The notes under the pieces: generated by a model
What the model saw: only the letters and a program-made list of their open reading frames with translations
The model's database searches: none
Told to the model about the DNA's origin: nothing
Source: Nitrospiraceae bacterium
GTDB taxonomy: Bacteria; Nitrospirota; Thermodesulfovibrionia; Thermodesulfovibrionales; UBA1546
Direction: 5' to 3'
Length of the DNA stretch: 64,000 bases
Assembly (NCBI GenBank): GCA_021373015.1
Contig: JAJFTJ010000018.1
Location: 65,489 to 129,488, forward strand
Made by a program: the position numbers and the translations under genes
In this document: positions 29,923 through 39,640 of the stretch, piece by piece
Numbering within the stretch: position 1 is the first letter of the stretch
Layout: every line of letters begins with the position of its first letter

Positions 29923-31405
29923 TTTTAAATCTCTCTTTTATCGCTTTTTCAGCTTCCTCTCTGTCGCTGAACTTATGTCTTATGCCTTTTATCTCCTGAT
30001 AGTCCTCATGCCCCTTGCCTGCAATAAGAAGGATGTCATTCTTCTCTGCCATGCTTACTGCTTTTTTTATTGCCTTCCTCCTGTCAGGTTCTATTAAATA
30101 ATTCTTTTTAGTCATGCCTTTTTCTATTTCGTTAATTATTTCTATTGGATCTTCGTTTCTTGGATTATCAGACGTTATGACAACATAGTCGCTTAGTCTT
30201 GCAGCCTCTTCTCCCATCTTAGGTCTCTTGCCCTTGTCTCTATTGCCGCCGCATCCAAATACAGTTATTATCTTTCCATTGCGCTCAGCATTTTTCATTA
30301 GTTCCTTTGCAGTGATGATCAACCTTTGAAGCGCATCATCTGTATGAGCATAATCAACAATACACAAAAATTCCTGTCCGGCATCGACCTTCTCAAATCT
30401 GCCTCTGACAGAATGCATTTGTCTTATGCCTTCTGTTATTAAATCCCACGAGATATTAAAGCTGAGAGCAGCGCCTGCAGCTGCAAGTATGTTATAGATA
30501 TTATGTATCCCGCTTAAGGCTGATTCGATGTTGTGAGATTCATACTCAAAGTTAATCTTGAACCTCAATCCCTCAAAAGAATCTTTAACATCATACGCAA
30601 TAATATCCGCACCTTTTGCCATTCCGTAAGTAAGCATCTTATTTTTTGTCATCCCAATTAGTTTTTTTCCATAAACATCGTCAAAATTTATTACTGCACT
30701 CCCGTTATCTAAAAGAAGTTCGTTGAATAGTCTTTTTTTTGCATCAAAATAATCTTCCATTGTTATATGAAAATCCAGATGATCCCTCGTAAGATTCGTG
30801 AATACAGCACACTTGAAATGCGTGTAATCAACACGCCGCTGTGCAAGCGCGTGCGATGATACTTCCGTGACAACATCGCTGCATCCTGTTTCGGCCATAT
30901 TCTTTAATATTGATTGGAACTCAATGGCCTCTGGAGTTGTGTGAGGCGCTTCATAGCATTTCTCCCTGACAATATAATTTATTGTTCCTATGAGACCTGC
31001 AGTTCTGCCTGCTGCCTCAAGTATTGATTTCATAATATAAGTTGTAGTTGTTTTCCCATTCGTGCCTGTAATCCCTATTACATTCAATCTTTCTGATGGT
31101 CTTTCGTAAAAATTGTTTGATATGAATGCAAGCGCATCTCTGCTGTTTTTTACGTTAATTAACACTGATTTCTCGAAAGTTTTTTCCATGCCTTCATCCA
31201 GCGACTCATATACAACTGCAGCTGCGCCTTTATTTATCGCATCTGAAATAAACCTGTGTCCGTCAGATTTTTCCCCTTTTATCGCAATAAACAACTCTCT
31301 CTCTTTTACTTTCCTGGAATCATAGGCTAAACCTGATATCTCGATATCAGTGTCCCCCTGTATCTTTTTTGTCTTCATATCTTTAATAAGCATCTTTAAT
31401 TTCAT
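29915..31405 (-). CDS. murE: UDP-N-acetylmuramoyl-L-alanyl-D-glutamate--2,6-diaminopimelate ligase
   Basis: GITGTNGKTTTT P-loop. The DNPR motif (TSDNPRNEDP) is consistent with meso-DAP specificity. Confidence 0.95.
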   Translation of the reverse strand: MKLKMLIKDMKTKKIQGDTDIEISGLAYDSRKVKERELFIAIKGEKSDGHRFISDAINKGAAAVVYESLDEGMEKTFEKSVLINVKNSRDALAFISNNFYERPSERLNVIGITGTNGKTTTTYIMKSILEAAGRTAGLIGTINYIVREKCYEAPHTTPEAIEFQSILKNMAETGCSDVVTEVSSHALAQRRVDYTHFKCAVFTNLTRDHLDFHITMEDYFDAKKRLFNELLLDNGSAVINFDDVYGKKLIGMTKNKMLTYGMAKGADIIAYDVKDSFEGLRFKINFEYESHNIESALSGIHNIYNILAAAGAALSFNISWDLITEGIRQMHSVRGRFEKVDAGQEFLCIVDYAHTDDALQRLIITAKELMKNAERNGKIITVFGCGGNRDKGKRPKMGEEAARLSDYVVITSDNPRNEDPIEIINEIEKGMTKKNYLIEPDRRKAIKKAVSMAEKNDILLIAGKGHEDYQEIKGIRHKFSDREEAEKAIKERFKSV

Positions 31406-31430
31406 TCTATTTTAAAAAATCTCCTGACAT

Positions 31431-33131
31431 CTATTTTTTATAAACAACCATAAGATTTTTCTGATCTTGATCATCTTCAGGCACATTAAGATATGAAAGT
31501 GCCTGTTTTGTTATCTCCTTAAAAACTGGAGCAGCAACAACACCGCCGTATATCTGACCTTTGGGCTCATATACAACGACTATGAGCGCTATTCTGGGAT
31601 TGTCTGCCGGAACAAATCCAACAAAGGAACTTACATATTTTTCTTTTGAATATCTGCGCGTTCTAGGGTCAATTATTTGCGCTGTTCCTGTTTTCCCTGC
31701 AACCTTGCTGCCTTTTACAGATGCGCTTTTTCCTGTGCCGCCTTCTTCTGCAACAGTTTTTAATATTTCTTTAAAAGTATCTGCTGTCTGTTTTGAAATA
31801 ACGGCTCTTTTGTCTTCTTGCGGAAATTTGTAAACAAGATTACCATCCGGAGTTCTTATCTCCGAGACTACATGCGGAGTTACAAGCATGCCTCCATTAG
31901 CTATTGTGGAATATGCTCTTAAAACCTGAAGAGGAGTTACTGCAACTTCCTGTCCTATGGATATAGAACCTATAGAACCTTGCGACCACTTTGCAATCGG
32001 CCTTATTAAACCTGATACTTCTCCTGGCAGATCTATTCCTGTTTTTTCTCCGAACCCGAATTTCTTTGTATAATTATAAAGTTTTTCCTTTCCTAACTTC
32101 ATCCCCAGCATTACAGATCCGATATTGGAAGACTTCTGGATTACTTCCTTGAATGTGAGAATACCATTTTTATGGGAATCGTGTATAACAGCATTTCCCA
32201 TATTGATTTCACCTTTTCTACAGTCAAATTTGGTATTCAGGTTAACGAGTTTTTCCTCCAGTACAGCTGTGCCAACAATTATCTTGAACGTGGAACCAGG
32301 CTCATAAAGATCAGTTATTGCCCTGTTCCTTTTCTCTTGGTCTTTTGCTTTCAAGGCATTATTCGTGTCATATGAAGGTCTGTTAGCAAGCGCCAGTATC
32401 TCTCCTGTGAGCGGATCCATCATTATGGCTGTTGCAGCCTTTGCCTTCCACTGAAGCATGGCATTATCAAGTTCTTTTTCTGTTATATACTGTAATCCCT
32501 CGTCTATGGTCAGGGTAAGATTATTTCCCTTTGATTCAATATCCTTGCCTGTAGAAAGTATTCTTCCTTTGGCATCACGTGAGACAAAAATTTTCCCTCC
32601 TGGTGTTTTTAGAAACTTATCGTATTTAAGCTCAACACCTTCTAGCGCTTGATTGTCAATGCCGACCGTGCCAATTACATGAGCGGCGAGTCGGCCATTT
32701 GGATAGAGTCTTTTTGAATCACGCATAAAACTCACACCCTTTATATCCATCTCTTTTATCTTTGCCGCCATATCAGGCTCAATCTTTCTTTCTATCCAGA
32801 CAAATCTTCCGTTCGTGGAAAATTTCGCCATTATAGCCTTCGGGTTCTTGTTTATAACCTTTGAGATATTGTAAGCAGCAGTCTTGGGTGACGCTATTGT
32901 ATCAGGGTCACAGTACAGCGATTCCACTTCAACATTAACGCCAAGTTCTCTTCCCCTCCTGTCAAAGATCAAGCCTCGTCTTACCTGTATGTCTTCTGAT
33001 TTAAGTTGCTGCATATTTGCTTTTGCTGCAAGTCTTTGATGATCAAGAACCATCAGGTCGACCAGACGAAAAAATACCGCAACAAAGCCAAAAACTATTG
33101 CGGTATTAAGGATTATGGCTCTCTTTCTCAT
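31431..33131 (-). CDS. ftsI: penicillin-binding protein 3-type transpeptidase
   Basis: N-terminal TM segment, PBP dimerisation domain, and transpeptidase motifs STFK, SSN and KTGT. Confidence 0.9.
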   Translation of the reverse strand: MRKRAIILNTAIVFGFVAVFFRLVDLMVLDHQRLAAKANMQQLKSEDIQVRRGLIFDRRGRELGVNVEVESLYCDPDTIASPKTAAYNISKVINKNPKAIMAKFSTNGRFVWIERKIEPDMAAKIKEMDIKGVSFMRDSKRLYPNGRLAAHVIGTVGIDNQALEGVELKYDKFLKTPGGKIFVSRDAKGRILSTGKDIESKGNNLTLTIDEGLQYITEKELDNAMLQWKAKAATAIMMDPLTGEILALANRPSYDTNNALKAKDQEKRNRAITDLYEPGSTFKIIVGTAVLEEKLVNLNTKFDCRKGEINMGNAVIHDSHKNGILTFKEVIQKSSNIGSVMLGMKLGKEKLYNYTKKFGFGEKTGIDLPGEVSGLIRPIAKWSQGSIGSISIGQEVAVTPLQVLRAYSTIANGGMLVTPHVVSEIRTPDGNLVYKFPQEDKRAVISKQTADTFKEILKTVAEEGGTGKSASVKGSKVAGKTGTAQIIDPRTRRYSKEKYVSSFVGFVPADNPRIALIVVVYEPKGQIYGGVVAAPVFKEITKQALSYLNVPEDDQDQKNLMVVYKK

Positions 33132-33152
33132 TAATATATATTTCCTTTATAT

Positions 33153-33500
33153 TTAATTCTCAGATGTTTTCCTCCCGTCAAATGACGTCTGCTGCGGTAT
33201 GAATTTTTCACCTTTCTTTACATACACAACTTTTGTTCTGTCAGGAAAGACAAGCGCCAGTTTGCCGCCGGTTTTTTCTTTAAGATTTTGTATAGACAAC
33301 AATCCGGCTTTCTCAGCCATCAATGATTTTCTTTCTTTGAGCTCTGCCATTTTTTTATTATCGAGTTCAGCAATCGTGTATTCGACTGTCCTGACATTTG
33401 ACCTAAGCCACACAATCATAAAAATTCCAAATAAGAGAACAACTACTAAAATTGGGAAAACAAAATATGAAAAAATGTTTCTCTGATGAACATTAATCAT
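33153..33500 (-). CDS. ftsL: FtsL-like cell division protein
   Basis: 115 aa with a single TM segment followed by a coiled-coil region. It sits between rsmH and ftsI and its start overlaps the rsmH stop. Confidence 0.6.
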   Translation of the reverse strand: MINVHQRNIFSYFVFPILVVVLLFGIFMIVWLRSNVRTVEYTIAELDNKKMAELKERKSLMAEKAGLLSIQNLKEKTGGKLALVFPDRTKVVYVKKGEKFIPQQTSFDGRKTSEN

Positions 33501-34378
33501 AATTTTTCCGCTCCTCTGAGTTTTGCGCTCCTTGCCGAGGGATTTGACTTTGTCTCCACATATGATGGAGCCAGAGGTTTTTTTGTTAAAATGTTAAATA
33601 CGCCTTGTTTGCTTTTATCACGCAGAAAGTTCTTAACTATCCTGTCCTCAAGCGAATGATAGGAAATAACGCAAAGTCTACCGCTTTTTTTTAAAATTCC
33701 TTCTGATGAATCAAGCCCTTTTTTAAGTTCATTCAATTCATCATTTACTGCAATTCTTAAGGCCTGGAATGTTCTTGTTGCGGGATGAATTCTTCCTCTT
33801 CCCCCATATGCGCGGCTGACCAGATTTGCAAGCTCCAAACATGTGTCTATTTTTTTCTTCTTTCTATTCTCCACGATCCATCTTGCTATCTTTCTGGATA
33901 ATCTTTCTTCGCCATATTCCCACAGGATATCTGTTATCTCTGCTTCAGAATATTTATTAACAATATATTGAGCTGTCAGTTCCTGTGTTTTATCCATTCT
34001 CATATCAAGAGGCTCATCAGAAAGGAAACTGAAACCTCGCTCTGGAGTTTTCAGATGAAACATTGACGTCCCGATGTCAAACAATATTCCGTCAACTTTC
34101 CCTGCTCCTGTTTCATTGACAAGTTTGGTTATCTCTGAGAATTTTCCCTTCTTCAAGACAAGCCTTTTGTCATTCAGCTTGCTCATGCTTTTGCTAAGGG
34201 CTTCCTCATCTCTGTCAATTCCGATGATCCTGCCCTCTCCGAGATATTTGAGTATCTCTTCTGTATGTCCGCCGAGTCCGACTGTTGCATCAACATATAC
34301 CCCCCCAGGCTCTGGCTTCAGCAACATAACCACCTCCCTCAACATAACAGGGAGATGAACTATATCCACAGCTAACAA
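33497..34378 (-). CDS. rsmH: 16S rRNA (cytosine1402-N4)-methyltransferase
   Basis: HLPVMLREV...DATVGLGGHTE...DLGTS-like motifs (FDIGTSMFHL); MraW family. Confidence 0.95.
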   Translation of the reverse strand: MLAVDIVHLPVMLREVVMLLKPEPGGVYVDATVGLGGHTEEILKYLGEGRIIGIDRDEEALSKSMSKLNDKRLVLKKGKFSEITKLVNETGAGKVDGILFDIGTSMFHLKTPERGFSFLSDEPLDMRMDKTQELTAQYIVNKYSEAEITDILWEYGEERLSRKIARWIVENRKKKKIDTCLELANLVSRAYGGRGRIHPATRTFQALRIAVNDELNELKKGLDSSEGILKKSGRLCVISYHSLEDRIVKNFLRDKSKQGVFNILTKKPLAPSYVETKSNPSARSAKLRGAEKL

Positions 34379-34381
34379 CTC

Positions 34382-34834
34382 CTAAAGACCATAACCAACC
34401 AGTCTTTCTTCAACAGCTTTTTTGTCTATCTTTGAAGGATCCACCATTGCATCCCATTCTTTCCTGTCCCACAGCTCAATCTTTTCTATTTGGCCGACTA
34501 TAACAACATCGCTGCTGATCGAGGAGTCTTCCCTGTGGGCAGCGGGAATAAGTATTCTTCCCTGTTTGTCTATCTCCGCTTCAACAGCAGATGCAATAAC
34601 CCTTCTCATAAAAAATTTGACTGCCTCATCCATCTTCGGCATTGACCTTACTTTTTCTTCAAGTCTCGCCCATTCTTCTGAAGGATAAATATTCAGACAT
34701 TTGTCGAATGCAGAATTAACAATATAAAGTTTTGAGCTGTAATTAGCAGAAATGATTTCCCTGAAAAGAGCAGGTATGATTATTCGGCCCTTTGGGTCAA
34801 GTGTGTAATAATATTTACCTGAAAAAGCAGGCAT
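34382..34834 (-). CDS. mraZ: transcriptional regulator MraZ
   Basis: Two SpoVT/AbrB-like repeats with DPKGRIIIP and DKQGRILIP. I prefer the ATG at 34834 (MPAFSGKYYYTLDPKGR), which has GGAGGAG just upstream. The track uses the GTG at 34843. Confidence 0.93.
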   Translation of the reverse strand: MPAFSGKYYYTLDPKGRIIIPALFREIISANYSSKLYIVNSAFDKCLNIYPSEEWARLEEKVRSMPKMDEAVKFFMRRVIASAVEAEIDKQGRILIPAAHREDSSISSDVVIVGQIEKIELWDRKEWDAMVDPSKIDKKAVEERLVGYGL

Positions 34835-34839
34835 CTCCT

Positions 34840-34863
34840 CCACCTTCTACCACTTTTTACCAC
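34840..34863 (-). promoter_or_regulatory. three GTGG direct repeats at 10-bp spacing (MraZ operator-like)
   Basis: The plus strand has CCAC at 34840-34843, 34850-34853 and 34860-34863. On the minus strand this reads GTGGTAAAAAGTGGTAGAAGGTGGAGGAG, located between the -10 box and the mraZ start. Confidence 0.55.
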
Positions 34864-34864
34864 T

Positions 34865-34893
34865 AATATATGCTTAGAGAGGGTGCTTGTCAA
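34865..34893 (-). promoter_or_regulatory. Pmra-like sigma70 promoter (TTGACA-17-TATATT)
   Basis: On the minus strand, TTGACA is at 34893-34888, followed by a 17-nt spacer and TATATT at 34870-34865. Confidence 0.6.
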
Positions 34894-35009
34894 TAGGGAA
34901 AATGGATAAAATTACGGTGTCACTATATTTTGTGTTAGCTAAATATTACAGCCACAATATACAGATATTTATCAAGCAGATTTTTGTGAGAAATCAAAAA
35001 AATTACAGA

Positions 35010-35387
35010 TTAATCCTCATACTCTCTTAACTTCTTTTCTGACAATCCAAAATAATGTCCTACTTCGTGAATAAGAGTTTGCTGTATCTGTCTCATTAAT
35101 TCTTGCTCACTCGAACAAATGCTCTCAATATTTCTCTGAAAAAGAGTTATCTTATCAGGCAAGGGATATATAACTGCAAAAAAACTTCTTTTCTCAGGAT
35201 ACGGCACGCCGCTGAACTGTCCCAGAAGAAGCTCGCCTCTTTTTAAACCATGATTTTCTTCCTTGCCCGGATAGTCTTCTACAAAAATCGTGATATTAGT
35301 AAAATATTTTTTATATTCTTCAGGCAGTGTCTCCACTGCCTTTTCAGCAAACATTTGAAAATATTCTCTGCTGACTTTAAAGCCCAT
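35010..35387 (-). CDS. zincin-like metallopeptidase family protein (DUF1025-type)
   Basis: HEVGHYFG (HExxH) near the C-terminus and a size of about 125 aa. The likely start is MGFKVSREYF at 35387; the track ORF begins at 35459. Confidence 0.7.
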   Translation of the reverse strand: MGFKVSREYFQMFAEKAVETLPEEYKKYFTNITIFVEDYPGKEENHGLKRGELLLGQFSGVPYPEKRSFFAVIYPLPDKITLFQRNIESICSSEQELMRQIQQTLIHEVGHYFGLSEKKLREYED

Positions 35388-35469
35388 ATTATATTTTACC
35401 TTAAGAACAAAAAATGGAGACAGCAGGCAATTCAACCTGCTGTCTCCATCAGCTGACATTCAAGACAAG

Positions 35470-35778
35470 TTATTTCTTTTTGCCTTCTTTTATATCTTGT
35501 CTTAGTTCTTTCTGCTCCGCTCTAATCTGCTGTCTGCATTTTTGCATCTCTGTTGGTGTTTTTGCAGCTGTCACACATGCCTTTGCATCCTGAAGAATTT
35601 TAATCCTCTCGTCAATGATCGACAAAAAATTTGCCTTTCTGTCTTCAAATGTCAGTCCTGCCTTAGTCTTGGCACCAGACGGACCCTTTTGCCCCTGCCC
35701 AGGCATCTGAGCAAAAACAGCTACAGAAATTCCAAACACGAAAATGATTGCTATTAAAAGCGCTGTCAACTTTCTCAC
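35470..35778 (-). CDS. small secreted/periplasmic helical protein, function unknown
   Basis: GTG start at 35778, 5-6 nt after a perfect AAGGAGGTGA. Signal peptide (RKLTALLIAIIFVFGISVAVFAQ) followed by a K/E/Q-rich helical region with two Cys. Confidence 0.5.
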   Translation of the reverse strand: MRKLTALLIAIIFVFGISVAVFAQMPGQGQKGPSGAKTKAGLTFEDRKANFLSIIDERIKILQDAKACVTAAKTPTEMQKCRQQIRAEQKELRQDIKEGKKK

Positions 35779-35875
35779 CTGTATCACCTCCTTATTTACT
35801 TGCTTTATTATCATTTATACCACAAAAAAATTATAGTATATTCACAGTGCAATTAAAAGCTGAAAAAATTGGAAT

Positions 35876-35904
35876 TTGTAATATTAGCCATGTTTGGGTA
35901 TACT
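35876..35904 (+). promoter_or_regulatory. candidate promoter for the synthase-icd pair (TTGTAA-17-TATACT)
   Basis: TTGTAA at 35876-35881, a 17-nt spacer, and TATACT at 35899-35904, 41 nt upstream of the ATG at 35945. Confidence 0.35.
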
Positions 35905-35944
35905 ATACATTCAATAAAATTAATAAATTCAAGAGGCTACAAAG

Positions 35945-37180
35945 ATGAAAAACAAAGTTTATCTTATCGATGTAACAAATAGGGACGGAGTTCAGACATC
36001 AAGGATACTTCTTCCCAAGCTCTCAAAGACAATGCTTAACATTTATCTTGATGAGATGGGAGTTTACCAAAGCGAGATCGGCTTCCCTACTCTGAAGCAC
36101 GAAGTTAACTATATAAATGCCAATTTGGAACTCGCAAAAAGAGGCGGGATCAAGAGAATCCACCTTGAAGGATGGTGCAGGGCAGTACCGGAAGACATAA
36201 AACTTACTTTAAAAAATTGTCCTGACATAAAACATCTGAATATATCGATATCTACATCAGAGATAATGATCCAAGGAAAATTTCAGGGCAAAAAAACCTT
36301 TAAAGACGTAACAAAAACAGCTATTGAGGCTGTGAAACTTGCCAAAGAATTAGGCGCTGAAACTGTGGGACTGAATGCCGAAGATGCATCCAGAACAGAA
36401 CTCGACAGATTAATAGAATTCGTTCTTGCAGGAAAAGACGCCGGAGCAGACAGATTCAGATACTGCGACACATTAGGAACAGATGACTCTATAACAATCT
36501 ATGAACGAATAAAGGCCCTTGCTATGGCAACAAAATTCCCTATAGAAATGCACTGCCACAATGATCTCGGGATGGGTGAAGCTGTGTCAGTCGCAGGTGC
36601 GCAGGGCGCGCTTGAAGGCGGTGTTGACACATACATAAACACAACTATTAACGGATACGGAGAACGCTGCGGAAACTGCGATCTTGTATCAACCATATTG
36701 GCGCTAAAATTTTCTCATGGCCTGAGCAAAAAAATTCATCTTGATGAACACGTAGATCTCAAAAAAGCATGGAGAATCGCAAAATATGCATCCTATGCTT
36801 TTAATCTTCCAATACCTATAAATCAGCCTGGAGTCGGTTCAAATGCATTTGCGCACGAATCAGGGATTCATGCTGACGGCGCCCTAAAAGACAGAAGAAA
36901 CTATGAACTGTATGATCCTGAAGATGTTGGAAGAGGAGAACCTGAACTTCTAGAGACCGGAAGAATAATAACTACTGGCGAATACGGCGGGATAAAGGGA
37001 TTCAGACACGTGTATGACAAGCTGGGGATAGCATTTAGCGATGACAATGAAGCAAGAAGAGTTCTAGAACTTGTTCAATATGCAAACCTCCATACACAGA
37101 AACCTCTTACTGACGATGAACTTAAGTTCATAGCAACTTATCCAGATATTGCAAAACAGATAATGATTGTTAACGCTTAA
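35945..37180 (+). CDS. homocitrate/2-isopropylmalate synthase-family acyltransferase; probable Re-citrate synthase
   Basis: DRE-TIM aldolase-type N-terminus (LIDVTNRDGVQTS...) with HxH metal ligands (EMHCHND). At 411 aa it lacks the LeuA regulatory domain. It lies immediately upstream of a bona fide icd. Confidence 0.6.
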   Translation: MKNKVYLIDVTNRDGVQTSRILLPKLSKTMLNIYLDEMGVYQSEIGFPTLKHEVNYINANLELAKRGGIKRIHLEGWCRAVPEDIKLTLKNCPDIKHLNISISTSEIMIQGKFQGKKTFKDVTKTAIEAVKLAKELGAETVGLNAEDASRTELDRLIEFVLAGKDAGADRFRYCDTLGTDDSITIYERIKALAMATKFPIEMHCHNDLGMGEAVSVAGAQGALEGGVDTYINTTINGYGERCGNCDLVSTILALKFSHGLSKKIHLDEHVDLKKAWRIAKYASYAFNLPIPINQPGVGSNAFAHESGIHADGALKDRRNYELYDPEDVGRGEPELLETGRIITTGEYGGIKGFRHVYDKLGIAFSDDNEARRVLELVQYANLHTQKPLTDDELKFIATYPDIAKQIMIVNA

Positions 37181-37191
37181 AACTAAGTGGT

Positions 37192-37229
37192 CGAGGATTT
37201 AAGTTTCTGAATTCACTTTTAAATCCTCG
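37192..37229 (+). other. intergenic hairpin between the synthase gene and icd
   Basis: An 11-bp perfect stem, CGAGGATTTAA (37192-37202) with TTAAATCCTCG (37219-37229), around a loop of about 16 nt. There is no clear U-tract afterwards. Confidence 0.4.
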
Positions 37230-37278
37230 GCTGTTTGATCCTAAATTCGATTAAACTAAGTTCAAGGAGATCTCTTCA

Positions 37279-38358
37279 ATGTATAAAATAACCCTTATCC
37301 CAGGAGACGGCGTAGGACCTGAGATTTCAGACGCAACAACCCGAGTGATAGAAGCAACAGGCGTAAAAATAGAATGGGACGTCCAGAATGCAGGAGAAGA
37401 AGTTTATCAAAAAGAAGGCAGCCCGCTTCCTCAGCGCGTAATCGACTCTATAAGAAAAAATGAAATTGCGATTAAAGGTCCTGTTACAACACCTGTTGGG
37501 AAGGGATTCAGAAGCGTAAATGTTGCCTTAAGACAGGAACTGGATCTTTATTGCTGCCTGAGGCCTTGCAAAAGCTTTAAGGGCGTACGCTCCAGATACG
37601 AAAATATAGATCTTGTTATTGTCAGGGAAAATACAGAAGACTTGTATGCTGGAATCGAATTTCAAAAAGGCTCAGACGAAACAAAAAAACTTATTGAATT
37701 TATAAAAACCTCTACAAAAAATAATATAAGGGATGATTCTGGCATAAGCATTAAACCAATATCTGTTTATGGCACTGAAAGAATAGTAAAATTTGCTTTC
37801 GAATACGCAAGAAAGAACAAAAGAAAGAAGGTCACATCAGTGCACAAAGCAAATATAATGAAATTTTCTGACGGTCTTTTTCTTGAAGTTTCAAGAAATG
37901 TGGCTGCAAAATATCCTGACATAGAATTTGAAGACAGGATTGTGGACAACATGTGCATGCAGCTGGTGCAGAAGCCGGAACTTTATGATGTCATTGTACT
38001 GCCTAATCTATACGGTGACATACTCTCAGACCTTGCCGCAGGTTTGATTGGTGGGCTTGGTCTTGCCCCAGGCGCAAATATCGGAGATAAGATAGCAGTA
38101 TTCGAGCCGACACACGGCAGCGCTCCAAAATACAAAGGCTTGAACAAGATTAATCCAATTGCTATGATGCTCTCAGGAGTTATGATGTTGAGACATCTTA
38201 ATGAATCAAATGCCGCACAAAAACTTGAGAATGCAATTGCAAGCGTTATAGAGGAAGGGAAACACGTAACCTATGACATGAAGTCAAGGCCTGACGACCC
38301 AGGCGCTGCAAAAACATCAGAAGTCGCTGATGAAATCATTAAGAAACTAAAACAATAG
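37279..38358 (+). CDS. icd: isocitrate dehydrogenase
   Basis: 359 aa. [49 protein letters not shown], the IDH-type insertion (...SGISIKPIS...), [13 protein letters not shown] and [27 protein letters not shown]. Confidence 0.9.
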   Translation: MYKITLIPGDGVGPEISDATTRVIEATGVKIEWDVQNAGEEVYQKEGSPLPQRVIDSIRKNEIAIKGPVTTPVGKGFRSVNVALRQELDLYCCLRPCKSFKGVRSRYENIDLVIVRENTEDLYAGIEFQKGSDETKKLIEFIKTSTKNNIRDDSGISIKPISVYGTERIVKFAFEYARKNKRKKVTSVHKANIMKFSDGLFLEVSRNVAAKYPDIEFEDRIVDNMCMQLVQKPELYDVIVLPNLYGDILSDLAAGLIGGLGLAPGANIGDKIAVFEPTHGSAPKYKGLNKINPIAMMLSGVMMLRHLNESNAAQKLENAIASVIEEGKHVTYDMKSRPDDPGAAKTSEVADEIIKKLKQ

Positions 38359-38359
38359 G

Positions 38360-39622
38360 ATGGAACTTAATATTATATTTCTTCTTTTCGTCGTTGCATT
38401 TTCGCTTTTCGCGATAGCAATACTTTCGAGTTCTGAATCCTCTTTCATTGCTGTAAACAAGATCCGCATAAGAAATCTTCTTGAGAAAGGCGATAAAAGA
38501 GCAAAGGTTGTTCAGAAGATACTCGACGAACATGACAAGCTCTTCAGTGCCGTAATCCTGTCAGGAAATCTTTTTACAGTGCTTGCAACCTCAATAGGAA
38601 CAGCACTGGCTCTTGAATATTTTGGAGAAGACGGGATAATCATAGCAACAATAGTGATGACATTTCTCACAGTTGTTTTTGGAGAACTTGCACCCAAAAC
38701 CTTTGCAGTGACTTATGCCGAAAAGGTCTCTTTGTTCCTCGCAACACCCCTTGAGATTTATATTAAAATCTTATCTCCTCTCGTATGGATATTTAAAGTA
38801 TCATCTAACTTCATCATCAAATTATTCGGCGGAGAAGCAAGGCCTGTATCAGCCCTTATTACAGAAGAAGAGATAAAGACAATGATAAAGATCGGTGAAG
38901 AAGAAGGCACGCTTGAAACAGAAGAAAAAGAGATGCTGCATAATGTATTTAAGTTCGGAGACAAGGTCGTCACAGAAGTAATGGTCCCACGTACAGAAAT
39001 AGTCTCGATACCTTTTGATGGGACTGTTGACGATGCATTAAAACTTGTTTCCAAAGAAGGGTATTCTCGTTATCCTGTTATCATGGAAAACATAGACAAC
39101 ATCGTAGGCATTCTCTATGTAAAAGATATACTGATAAAAGCCTCTAAGAAAAACATACAGAAAAACCTGTCAATAAAAGATCTTGTAAGAGAAGCCTATT
39201 ACATTCCTGAAAACAAAATGGCTACTGAGCTTCTTGATGAGATGCAGAAAAATAAATTCCAGATCGCGATAATCGTTGATGAATACGGAGGGACTTCTGG
39301 GTTAATAACACTCGAAGATATCATTGAGGAAATCGTCGGAGGACTTCAGGACGAATTCGAGGGAATGGAATCAGAAAAAGAAGTTGAAGTTATCGACGAA
39401 AGAACTTTTATAGTTGCCGGTCAGACAGGCATCGATGAAGTAAATGAGCTCGTCGGGACTGAAGTTTTAACAGGCGATTTTCATACAATCGGAGGATTTG
39501 TTTTCGGGTTATTCAGAAGACTTCCTAAAATAGGCGAGCAGGTCAGATATCACAATCTCCGTTTTCTCATACTGGAAATGGAAGACAAGAAAATAGCAAA
39601 ACTCAAGATTACAAAAATTTAA
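38360..39622 (+). CDS. CNNM/HlyC/CorC-family transporter (DUF21-CBS pair-CorC_HlyC)
   Basis: Four N-terminal TM segments (DUF21), a CBS pair, and the C-terminal CorC/HlyC transporter-associated domain. Confidence 0.88.
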   Translation: MELNIIFLLFVVAFSLFAIAILSSSESSFIAVNKIRIRNLLEKGDKRAKVVQKILDEHDKLFSAVILSGNLFTVLATSIGTALALEYFGEDGIIIATIVMTFLTVVFGELAPKTFAVTYAEKVSLFLATPLEIYIKILSPLVWIFKVSSNFIIKLFGGEARPVSALITEEEIKTMIKIGEEEGTLETEEKEMLHNVFKFGDKVVTEVMVPRTEIVSIPFDGTVDDALKLVSKEGYSRYPVIMENIDNIVGILYVKDILIKASKKNIQKNLSIKDLVREAYYIPENKMATELLDEMQKNKFQIAIIVDEYGGTSGLITLEDIIEEIVGGLQDEFEGMESEKEVEVIDERTFIVAGQTGIDEVNELVGTEVLTGDFHTIGGFVFGLFRRLPKIGEQVRYHNLRFLILEMEDKKIAKLKITKI

Positions 39623-39640
39623 TCTGCCCATTATCGTCTT

